The translations under genes were made by a program, and so were the position numbers. A stretch of 64,000 nt of DNA, taken from Geosiphon pyriformis uo1. Its lineage: Eukaryota; Fungi; Glomeromycota. Where the stretch lies: positions 128,347 to 192,346 of the forward strand of contig JAAOMT010000777.1 of the NCBI GenBank assembly GCA_016748015.1, written 5' to 3'. Below, piece by piece: positions 26,852 through 37,855 of this stretch; positions within the stretch are counted from its first letter, which is position 1, and the number at the start of each line of letters is the position of its first letter. The notes under the pieces are model-generated. The model worked only from the letters and a program-made list of their open reading frames with translations. It was not told the origin of the DNA and made no database searches.

Positions 26852-26868
26852 TAGTGCTCTCTGTAAGG
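26852..26868 (+). promoter_or_regulatory. Primer binding site of A (decayed TGGTGCTCCCTGTGAGG)
   Basis: TAGTGCTCTCTGTAAGG lies 2 nt after the LTR and differs from the consensus only by transitions. Confidence 0.82.
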
Positions 26869-26911
26869 TATAATTCTACAGAGAACTAGCACTGACAACA
26901 CCAAACCAAAA

Positions 26912-29280
26912 GTGGCAGAATCAGAAATTATAAAAGCAAACCATTTAGGATTCACAAAATCTTTATTTCAACATTATTGTTAATACTTGGGATTAAACCA
27001 CAATCATATATCCACCAAATCAGCCTTCAATTTCTACGTCAATGAAAAGATTTCCTCTTTATTAGGAACACCAGTGAATACTGAATCAACAAGAGAAACT
27101 TTCTATAAAGAATTAATTCAAAACACCAACCTACCAACAAATCATAATTTTGCATCCATTATCACTAAGATCAACAAAGAAATTGAACACCACACTCAAC
27201 AAAGATATTCAATTACATATGCTAGTAAAGGCAAGGGAAAATTACAAACACCAGTAGTAATACCCAGAAAATTACAGCCATCTGCTTGGAAAAAAAACAG
27301 AGTTGAATCCCCAAGCAACCCATCCTACCACTATACACCTGGAAGTGCCATAAACATATCATCAACAGATGCATTCTCATCAACTGCAACATCAGCATTT
27401 GGACAATTCCCATTCCAAAGTAGACAAAGAAAAACAGAATTGTTAGGACCATACAGCGAATACTTTGAGGGATTTAATTCGTGATCAGCAACCCCATCAG
27501 GACTTTGATCACCACCGCCTCCACCTGATTTCGGAATCTCTGATCTGTGCGAAGCAGCAAAATCAGAAAAAAAGAAAGAAGAATCAGAGGATCAAAAATT
27601 TACTTACCAAAACTTGATCACTGAAAGCCCAGAAGTTGAAACCCTGGAAGTTGAAACCCCGAATCTTCAAACTCAGCAAAATTTAAATATAGAAAATTCG
27701 GAAATTGAAACTCCGAATCAGCAAAGACAGAACAATCCAAAACCCGAATTAATTAATCAGCAAAACTTACCTCTGATAATCGTCATTGATCAACTGCCAA
27801 TTAATCCAGTAGCTGAATCTATACAACAGCCATTTCAACTACCACCCCAACAACTACTTTAACAGCCACCACAACCACCTAACTTAGACCCAATGGTCTA
27901 TGCACCCATCGCAAAACTCGACAACTTTACTGGTGAAGAGGATGATGCTCAAGTATGGCTGAATGATGTAGAAAAGGCCATCACAGCCAATAGATGGAAT
28001 GATGCCCGAGCCATGCAAGTCATTCCCTACTTTCTCAAGGATACCACCAATTCATGGTACCAGAGCTTGATTAATAAACCACAAGATTTTAATGCCTTCA
28101 AAGCGGAATTTCTAAAATACTTCAACAACAATAACAGCATCAATTGCCTAGTTAATGCATTCACCATCATAAAACAAAGAGAAACTGAAGCAGTCACTAC
28201 TTACTTGGGACACTTCTATCGGAACCTACACCAAATTCAAGCAATTAATGCCAACTATTTCACAGCACTACAGATACTCAATCAGTTTATCCATGGCCTG
28301 TACAGCAGCATCTTGCAACATGTACATCCATTGCATCCAGGCATCTTTCAAGATGCAGTCACATGCACCAGAGATTTTGAATCTGCTGAATCAGAGACTA
28401 ACCACGCCCAAGCTGTTAATCTAGTAATGAACGGATCATCTAAATTGGATTCCAAATTGAAGAAGTTCAGTAAATCAATCAATAAGAGATTAGAAGGATA
28501 CTTAGCTAACAATCACGCCATTTATCAGCCTCCACAATGATGCAATAATCAAAGAAACTCTAATTGTGCCCAAAATCAACCATGTCTATCTCCATCAACC
28601 AATTGATAGTGGCAACAGGAAACGCGTATCTGCCACTATTGTGATAATCAAGAACATATCCAAATTGACTGTCACCAGCATTTAAATAACCAACAATCGG
28701 GAAATCAATATCAAAACCCTGATCGCCGGTTCCAAACTCCGAATCATTATCCAAATCAAAATCAAGACCAATATCAGAATAATTACCTGTCAATGACACA
28801 GCAACCAATCTATCAACCACCAGTATATCAACCTCCAATTTATCAGCTGCAGCCACAAGTAATATATCAACCACAGCCACAAATCATCTATCAACCCCAA
28901 CCAATTCAAACACCACTCCAGAACTCAGCTCAAATGACATCAGACAACCCTCAATCCAGAGTCACTCAAAACTGGAGATCGGTAATGGTTGTTCACCAAC
29001 TGATTCCCCATTCGCTAGACCTACCATCAAGATCACGCACCCAGAATTTGGATACCAATCACGTCCAAAACCCAAATTCCCAACATTATTTAAGTCTCCT
29101 GATTACCCCAGAAGACGCCACATCCAACAACACAGAATCCAATCAGTACGTACCTACCAACACAATTCCACCGGCAACCATCTCTAGCGACAAATTCCTA
29201 GCAGCCATCTTTCCTTTCAAACTCGAAGAAAACACACCGATACTATTATTCAGTGGAGCCATCTTTGAAGAAAAACCCAT
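26912..29280 (+). pseudogene. gag: gag region of A: N-terminal helical domain, P/Q/E linker, capsid domain, CCHC knuckle, QPxY-rich tail
   Basis: Single frame (ORFs 26987, 27614, 27893, 28793). Contains FTGEEDDAQVWL..WYQSL..FKAEFLKYF (retrotransposon gag) and CHYCDNQEHIQIDC at ~28630-28672. Confidence 0.9.
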
Positions 29281-29660
29281 AACAGCAATGTACACGGATG
29301 CCAGAGTTGATGGTCACCTCATCAAACTCATCCTAGATAGTGGATCAGTGGGCAGCATAATCACAAGACAGCTCATGAATTAATTAGATCACCGAGTTAA
29401 TCGAGCTGCCAGCACTAGAATTATCACTGCTGATGGTGCCACCAAAACACCTATCAGCAAGATAGATGATTTCCCTATAGAAATTAATGGCATCATAGTA
29501 CCCATCAAAGTCTTAGTAATGGACACCACCCAATACCAAGCCCTAGTTGGTAATGACTGGCTGTCCAAAACCAACGCCATGTTCAATTGGACGACCCAAG
29601 AATTAATACTCAGCCAGAATGGAAGACACACCCAAGTACCAGCAATGTGTGGCCACTTCA
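29281..29660 (+). pseudogene. Aspartic protease domain of A
   Basis: LILDSGS (D at 29336) and ALVGNDWL. Confidence 0.92.
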
Positions 29661-29989
29661 AGACTACCAGCACCACAGCACCACTAATCAACTTCGACGA
29701 AGAGAAACCGAAGCCTACCTGGGAAGCCTACCAAGTATTGTGGACTGACGAAAAGCACAATGAGCTGCCGCCAATACTCTCCTGGGACAACAACAACAAG
29801 GAAAAAGGGAAACAAAAAGAAAAACTTACCTGAAAAACCGATGGCCTGACATGAACCGACAATGACGAAAGCGAACCGACTTCAAGCTGGGAATAGGAAG
29901 AAGACAAAAAAAATAAAAGGAAAGAAAAAGAAAAAGAGACCACCCAAACCACCACCGCTTATAACACCCACACTATACCACAACAATCT

Positions 29990-30640
29990 ACCTATTGTCG
30001 ACTTAAGCTTCTATGTGTCGATTATGGTAAGAAATTGTTGTCAATGGGCACATACTGTGACGACGATGAGGAATACCATACTGCAACAAAATTCTACTGT
30101 CGTCCATGCTTACTCGAACACTTCGGACAACCAAAGAGGCAAGAAAAATGGGATAACCAATCTTGTTTTGCTTGTGGGGAGACCCTGCTAGATAAAGGGA
30201 TATGGAACAACATCCCAGGACATGGAGGAACGTGTGACATGTCGTGTCAATACACGATTCTAATAAGTGACTGAGTAAGGAAAAGAACCCCAATAGAAGC
30301 AGTCTGGAGAAAAGCCATGCAGTAACTGGATAGTTGTCCACATGATGACGACAAAATTTGGCAAATGGCACTTGCAAAAATTGAAGGGGCGATGCCAGAA
30401 GAGATAAAAATGATCAAAAACAAACCCCCAGAACCTTTAGAGCTTAACTGGGATGCAGAACCCATCATAAACCTCCTGGATCCAGAACAATTCCACGAAC
30501 ACTACCAAGAATTAGCACCTACAAGGGAAGAACAAGAACAACGGTTAGAGCAATTAAACACTCGACTATGTTAACACTGCCTAATTCCCTGTGACTTCCA
30601 GTATTGCGATGAGTGTGACCTCATTTACAATCCACCATCA
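29990..30640 (+). pseudogene. Cys-rich (multi-CxxC) domain of unknown function between PR and dUTPase
   Basis: CVD(C), CRPC, CFAC, CDMSC, C.HC and CDEC; the same pattern is present in C at 40622-41229. Confidence 0.75.
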
Positions 30641-30890
30641 CGCATGATCTACACAATTCCGGAAGAGGAAGAACCAATCAGCAGCTGTGCATCAGAATCA
30701 GAATCGCAATTCAAACTCCGATGATGACGACGATAATAATGGTTCAAGCTCCATTCAAATTGGCAATAATGATGAAAACAATTCAGACTCAGATTCAAAA
30801 CCCGATGTAAACTATGAACAATATATTGCACTACAAGATCTCTCCAAGGAACAAGAGTTGAAATAGTATAGTAACAATAGGGAAGGTATT

Positions 30891-31290
30891 ATGCCAGAAC
30901 GTGCGCATGACATGGATGTAGGGTTTGATCTAAGATATCCAGGAAAAGATGCCATCAAATTAAAACCGCATTTACGCATCTGCATTGATCTGAAAATAGC
31001 ACTAGAAATTCCAGCAACAACAATAGTTCAATTAGCATTTAGGAGTAGTTTAGCAAAAAGAGGGATCAATATAAGAGGAGGAATAATTGATGCAAGATAT
31101 ATAGAAAATATTATCACCATGCTACAAAATGACTCAGAAAAGACCTATATAATAAAGCCCAACAAAAAGATAGCACAAGCAATATTCCTGCTTCTGATTA
31201 GAGTAGCTCAGTTAGTGTCAGTGGAAAAGAGGGAGGAATTGGGAATAACAGCGAGGAAAATACAAGGATTTGGATCAACGGATAGAATAA
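30891..31290 (+). pseudogene. dut: dUTPase domain of A
   Basis: All five trimeric dUTPase motifs in order: (A)GFDL, RSS, GGIID(AG)Y, KIAQ, R...GFGST. Confidence 0.93.
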
Positions 31291-31749
31291 AGGTACCAGT
31301 TAATATGGCGGAGGAAGAAATTGGTGGCCAAGGAGAAATTATCTCAACTGGTCAAGCTATTTCCATTCCACCATATAGTCAGTACATGTTAGCAATAGAA
31401 AAGAAGAAAAAAGAGCAAAAACAGATTTTTGAAGCAGAAGCAACCCTTTGTGAATTAGGAGAGATTGGGTTGATCAATTTTCACATACCAGCCAAAAGCT
31501 ATAGCAGCATAAAAATTCCCATCTACAACAACACTGGCAATGTCATCAACATATCAAAAAGAACCACCATCGGATATTTAACCACAGAAATAGAAAACCA
31601 ACCACCAAACCCCATTCCAGACTTTCCACAACTTTGTGGATATGTTGACATCACATCACAAACAATCTATGGACAAGACAAATGTTATTTGCTCCAACCA
31701 GAACAATTGGAACAAATGAACATGGGAAACTTAGATTCACTCTAATGTA

Positions 31750-33116
31750 TGCAGCTCAAGATGTTACTCAACAATTTCAATGACATCTTTGCCAGCGAAA
31801 ATGAGTTTGGCCAAACTGACATCATCCAGCATCAGATCAAGACTGCAGATGCAATACCAATCAAACAAAGAGCATACAGAGTGCCACCAGCCAGCCACGA
31901 GATTATTCGTCAAGAGATAAACAGAATGCTTGACAATGGGCTAATTTAATTATCAATGAGTCCATGGTCGTCACTAGTGGTATTCGTTCGTAAGAAAAAT
32001 GGGAAAATCCAGTTTTGTGTAGACTACAGGAAACTCAATAGTGTAACTCATGGAGACAGTTATCCAACTCCATGAATACAGGAATTATTCGATGCTTTCA
32101 GTGGAAACAAATGGTTCTCCATATTAGATTTGGACAGTGATTACTGGCAAGTAGCCATGAATTCAGCTGACAAGAAGAAGACGGCATTTACTACTAGAGA
32201 AGAGAATTTCAAATTTGAAGTAATGCCATTTGGCTTAACCAATGCCCCAGCAACTTTTCAATGGCTAATGGAAATCATTTATATTGGCTTATTGTGGAAA
32301 TCAGTAGTTGTATACTTGGACAACACCAATGTATTCTCAAAGACATTTGATGATCATCTTTATTATCTTCAACAAGTGTTTGAAAAACTAAGAAGAGCAG
32401 AACTAAAGTTAAATGTGACAAAGTGCTTTTTTGGCAAGACAGAACTCAAATTCTTGGGACACATAGTCAGCAAAGACAGCATCAAAATGAATCCAGAAAA
32501 AATAGAGATAGTAAAGAACTTTTCAGTGCTGACCAATATAATAGAACTGAAATCATTCTTGGGATTTGCCAGCTACTATTGTCATTTTATCAAGAACTTT
32601 TCCAAGATAGTGCAGCCACTCAATCAACTGCAAAACAAAAATGCGAAATATGAATGGACAGAAAGTCAACAAGAAGCTTTTGATATTCTAAGAAAAAAGC
32701 TCATCTAAGCTCCAGTACTGATCTATTCAGATTACAGCAAACCATTCATCATCACCACCGATGCATCCGGCCAAGCATTGGGAGCAGTATTATCTCAGAG
32801 AGGACCAGATGGCAGAGAACATCTAGTAGCATATGCCAGCAAAGATTTAACACCAGCCGAAAAGAACTATGGAACACCGGAACAAGAACACTTAGCAATA
32901 TACTGGGCCATCATGAAATAAAAAAAATACTTGAGCCAGAAGTTTGAAGTATACACAGATCACAAGGGATTAACATCATTCCAAAAACAAGAATTTGGAG
33001 ATGAAAGACAGTCAAGATAGAAAATGGCACTCGCATCATACAATTATACTATACATTACAAAAAGAGAAAAGACAATGGAAATGCTGACAGTTTATCATG
33101 AATAAGACAAATCTAA
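31750..33116 (+). pseudogene. pol: Reverse transcriptase and RNase H of A
   Basis: PIKQRAYR, SPWSS, FCVDYRKLN, MPFGLTNAPATFQ, YLDN (from YLDD) and KFLGH for RT. TTDAS, EQEHLAI, YTDH and NADSLS(R) for RNase H. Stop at 33114-33116. Confidence 0.95.
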
Positions 33117-33179
33117 GAACATTTTAACCCAAAAATATCATAAAACCAGAACAATACCAATGGAAAAATACAACAAAAG

Positions 33180-34562
33180 ATGAACATACAAAAATATCAA
33201 CAATTACAACATTATCTAAATACTCAACAGTTCAAGGAGAATTTATCTCATACAGAACAAAAGAGTATCAAACAACAATCAAAATATTTTATCACTCACC
33301 AAAATATACTTTATCAGAAAAATAGAAGAGGTCCAGATCAACCAACCAGAGTAATTACAGAACCAGAAAAAGAGACAATATTATTTAACATGTACTCAAA
33401 TCCAACAGCAGAACATTTTCACAAAGAAGCAACCATGAAAAGAACTAGAAAAAGATACTATTGGCCATCAATGTACCCAGACATCATTCAATATATTCAA
33501 AATTGTAATGTTTGTCAGCGAAAAGGAGAAACAAGACCCAGTGAACTATTAAGACCAATCAAAGTAGGACAACCATTTGACTATATGAGAATTGATTTAG
33601 TAGGACCATTAACAATCACCAGCAGAGGAAACAGATACATAGCAGTAGCTATGGACTATTTTACTAAATGGCCAGAGGCAAAAGCAATTCAAAAAGCGGA
33701 TGCAGAATCCATTGCCAAATTTGTTCATCAGAATTTGATTTGTCGACATAGATGTCCAAAAAAATTATTATCAGACCAAGGAACTCATTTTGTAAACAGA
33801 ACATTAACAGAATTGAGCCAAAGATTCGAAATCAAGAGACTATTATCATCACCATACCATCCACAAACCAATGGATTAGTAGAAAGATTCAACAGAACAT
33901 TGTGTGAAGCAATAGTCAAGCTCAGCCAAAAAAACCAGAACAATTGGGATTTGTTCATACCATCAGTACTATTTGCTTATCAGACAACAAAACAAGATAC
34001 TACACAAGCAATATTATTTGAATTAGTATATGAGAGAATAGCAACGTTACCAGTAAAAAAAGAAATTAATACATATCCAGCAAAACCAATAACAGAGGAA
34101 AATTTTCAAGAAACATTGCTGAAAAGAACATATGACTTAATAGAAACATTGGAAAACAAACGAAAAAGAGCAGCTGATAATATCCAAAAATCACAAAAAA
34201 CACAGAAAGAAAGACATGATAGTCAACTACCAGACAAACCAGTTGAATTTAAGATCGGAGACAAAGTATTACTACATCATACCAAAGCGGAAAAACAATG
34301 GAGTGAAAAATTTGACCCCAAATAGGATGGACCATTTCACATAGAAGAAATTCTAGGAAATGGAGCTTACAAATTAAGATTGGATAACAAAATTTTAACC
34401 AAAGCAGCACATGGAAATCAACTGAAACCATATCACAACATCACACTACCATCTACCAGTAATATTCCACAATTAGGAGTACAAAGAATACTAGTCCAAC
34501 CAGATAAAATTCCACAAGATTGGGAACCAATCATTATTATTGACAACAACACGTTAAATTGA
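33180..34562 (+). pseudogene. Integrase ORF of A (HHCC, DDE, GPF/Y; no chromodomain)
   Basis: H..H/CNVC, IDLVGP, LSDQGTHF, PYHPQTNGLVERFNR and (W)DGPFHI. One TGG>TAG stop at 34323. Confidence 0.95.
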
Positions 34563-34616
34563 ACCATCAAAAGAATATATAAAAACATGGTAGATGCGAC
34601 AGGAAATATCAGAAAA

Positions 34617-35247
34617 ATGGAAATTACAGACAACATTCATTCACTAGCACAACAATTCTTTCAATTAATCCAACACCAGAAAATAGAGATTACAATCAAT
34701 CAACAAACCATTTGATATCAAGATACTAGAAAGACATTTCAATTCAGAACACAGAAGAAAACTGAAAATACTGTGGACAAAATCATGGCAAAAGTAAAAT
34801 TAGCAAAAAAAAAATCGACAAAAGAGTTACTATATCAAGAGTTGACTAAAGAAACTTGGAATTGGTGGATACAACAATTTCTATGAAACTATTGTTATTT
34901 TTTACTTGGGACAACACATAAATATTCAGAATCTATATACAGATAAAACAAAGCGATTATTTGACCAAGGAGTACTACAACAATTAGAATATTTTGTGAG
35001 AAAGAACAACTTATCCACACAAGCCCAAGCCATATACCAAATACACACAGCATTTCAAGATAAACCAGAAATATTGCTCAACAGAGCAATGGATTTGGTT
35101 ACCAGTAATCAATTAGGAAAAATCACCAATGCTTAATTTGAAGAATTACAGACCCAAATAACACAAGTAATTCTCAAAAACAAAATTCAGGAAATACTTC
35201 AAAAGGGGGAATTACAGGAGTTAAATTTCGATGGAGCTCAATATTAA
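34617..35247 (+). pseudogene. ORF3 of A (unknown function)
   Basis: MEITDNIHSLAQQ ... FVRKNNL ... PEILLNRAM ... GAQY-stop. Homologous to ORF3 of C; one frameshift and transition stops. Confidence 0.78.
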
Positions 35248-35260
35248 AAGAAGGGAATAA
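35246..35260 (+). promoter_or_regulatory. Polypurine tract of A
   Basis: AAAAGAAGGGAA(TAA) immediately before the 3' LTR. Confidence 0.9.
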
Positions 35261-36183
35261 TATTACTCATAGAAATATAAGAAATATATTAGCATAATTA
35301 TTAGCCAATCAGAAGTAAGTATAGTAAATGTGGAATTCCAGGATTCCTCTCAGGAATTGCAGGATTTCAGGAATTTCAGGATTCCCAATGAGGAATTGCA
35401 GGATTCCAGAATTCCAGGATTCCTCTCAAAAGAATCGCAGGATTCCAGGAATTCCAGGATTCCTGTCGTGAAGAATCGAGGAATTGAGGAATCTCAATTA
35501 TGTATATATAGCAGTAGTGTTAGAAACAGAAAAAACAGAATTGATACTACAGAATCCTTAACCTAGAAACACAATTATCAAATAAATAATTATTTCATAT
35601 CTCAAATCCACTCCCCACTATCAACCTTTCATGTTGATAGTAATTGATACTTAACCATGCTAGAACAATAGCTCTTGATTACAGCTATTGACAGGATACT
35701 AATCTGCAAATTGCCTTGGCTTATTTCTTTGCTTTTTTTATTTTTTATTTTATTTCTTTTTCTTTATTTTATTTTGATATGTTGTTATATATACTAATTG
35801 ATAAAAAATTAAGCACTGAGTTATTGACATCAAGGATAGCCTGGTAAAAGACTCAAAAATACAGGTAGAATTTTATATATTATCAGATAGCTTACCAGAA
35901 AGGCACGACTGCCAGACTAAATCCGGCCACCACGCTGAGAAAAAAATTGGGAAAACTCTTGGAAAATATATCTACTATCAATACTATTGAATCTCTGTCC
36001 ATTATACAAAGGACTCAACCAAAACCTTCAGATCCATCAAAATCTTCAGATCAACCAAAACCTTCAGATCCATTAAAACCTTCAGATACAGCACCTTCAG
36101 AACAGCCTCAATGGAAGTAGCTTTTGAGCACCAAGTTATGGGTTTGTTATTTAATTCAACAGCAGAAATATTCATCTGTAACA
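35261..36183 (+). repeat. 3' LTR of A (923 bp)
   Basis: TATTAC (from TGTTAC)...TGTAACA. It is 36 bp longer than the 5' LTR because of two extra 18-bp units at ~36017-36088. Confidence 0.96.
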
Positions 36184-36718
36184 ATGTTATCTTATGTTAT
36201 AATGCGTTATTCAACGTTATTGCACTATTTTGTGTTATGTCACGTTTCTTTATAACTTTAGATCAGTTTTTCTACTCAGATAACATTATTCCTCTCTTTT
36301 TAAAATTGAGCTCCTGCAAAACTGTATGTATCTGTTATTGTGGCTTCATTTGTGTAATGTTTGATTGTTGTCTCAAGTATTGCCTTTTGTAGGTCTTTGA
36401 ACTGTTGATTGGTTATTTGTTCTATGTTGTTAACTGTTATAATTTTCATAAATCCATTCAGTAGTATGTTTGGACAATGTTGGAAGACAGAGTATAGTCA
36501 ATATGCTGCTTTGTAATGTAGGGTCAGGTTGTTTTTCCCTATGAATTTTTCTACTTGTTGTATTGCTTCTTTGTTGAATGTTTTCTGGCTGAGGTTTTTA
36601 TATGGTGTCTTCAAGTCAAGCTGTTCTCCAATTTTGTAGAACCAATAAGCTGAAGGAAGTCTTTTTTTTCATTTCTGGGTGTTATCAGGTGTCCACTTCC
36701 CTGTTTCGGGGAGTTCGG

Positions 36719-37792
36719 TATTACCTGAGTAGAAAAACTGATCCAAAGTTATGAAGAAACATAATCAAAACGTGACATAACACAGAATAATACACAATAA
36801 CGTTGGATAACATGTTATAATGCAGGATAACACAGAATAGTGTGCAATAACATAGGATAACGTGTTATAATGCAGGATAACACAGAATAACATGTAATAA
36901 TGTCAGATAACATGTTATAACATAGGATAACTAGCAATAACATAGAAAAACAAAGCAATAACAGAAACAACAAAGCAATAGCTAGTGATAGCAAGACAAT
37001 TGAAAACAATCCTGTAAAACCAAAAGAATGTATAAAAGCAAGTAGTTGTAGAAGTGAGAAAAGAAAAGAAAAGAAAAAATAGATACGAACCTCTACACCA
37101 GAAATTAAAATATTCATACCCTTTCATCCTTTATTATCTTCTCTATTTCATCTTCTAAAATAAATCAATTATTAAAAGAAATCAGAATTGCGAATTCATG
37201 TTCTTGAACTTTGTGAAATTTACGTGAATTAACCCTTGTCTTATATCTCCGTTCTAGAACAGATGCTCTTAGCATAACTGCCTCAAACCTATTAACAATT
37301 TGGACCAATTGCTCTTGATCACGGTGATTGACAATACTAATTTATCTTTTCTCTCTTTTCTTTTCTTTTCTTTTTCTTTTTCTTTCTTTTTCTGTCTTAA
37401 TTTTTTGTGGAGCAGCAACATAGTAAAATCGACTGTTTGGGAATAGACTTCGTGATAGCCTGGTAAAAGAGGGAAGCTCCCCCTAAGTTTTGGATATTAA
37501 CATTATCTTGTTAGCTTACCAGAATGGCGAAAAGACAACACCAGACCCTAATGACTGCACTCGTTAGCTCAGAGAAGAAAGCTTACATTTACAAAAAATG
37601 TTGTAATCGACGAAAGACAAACTCTGTGCCTTATAACCAAAGAACTCAACAGGTAAAATTCACATTCAGGAATAGACTTTCAAAGACTGATAATCAAGAC
37701 TAAGCCAACAGAATTACATAGAAGACGCATCATCAATAATTGAGAGCACCAAACATTACCATTTCCCATACCCACCATGTTTATCCGTAACA
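36719..37792 (+). repeat. 5' LTR of C (1074 bp)
   Basis: TATTACC (from TGTTACC)...CCGTAACA. Contains a U3 array of ~10-11-bp TAACAC/TAACATG units (~36775-36965), TATAAAA near 37031 and AATAAA near 37159. Confidence 0.95.
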
Positions 37793-37794
37793 TT

Positions 37795-37811
37795 TGGTGC
37801 TCCCTGTAAGG
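37795..37811 (+). promoter_or_regulatory. Primer binding site of C
   Basis: TGGTGCTCCCTGTAAGG, 2 nt after the LTR. Confidence 0.9.
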
Positions 37812-37855
37812 TTATAAATCCACAGAAACAGAGCACCCCCAAAAATACATAAAAA

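Larger units (their letters stand above)
25963..36183 (+). mobile_element. Full-length Ty3/Gypsy copy A (family I), nested in the U3 repeats of the shared LTR
   Basis: LTRs 25963-26849 and 35261-36183, PBS, PPT, and 4-bp TSD ACAT/ATGT (both derivable from ACGT). The host sequence resumes seamlessly at 36184 when compared with 55715-55835. Confidence 0.96.

Noticed and set aside
34380-34562. Chromodomain at the integrase C-terminus
   Set aside because: After the GPF/Y module only ~40 aa remain, with no aromatic-cage or Y.VKW motif.
36775-36965. CRISPR-like array in the U3 repeats (also 26033-26195)
   Set aside because: These are short degenerate tandem units without unique spacers, located inside LTRs, and there are no cas genes.
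37540-37620. Hammerhead, hairpin or HDV ribozyme in the LTR (CTAATGA...GAAA; ACCAG/CTGGT; AATGGCGAA)
   Set aside because: Cross-copy comparison gives CTAACGA paired with TCGTTAG rather than CTGATGA. The other catalytic core motifs are absent or not conserved.
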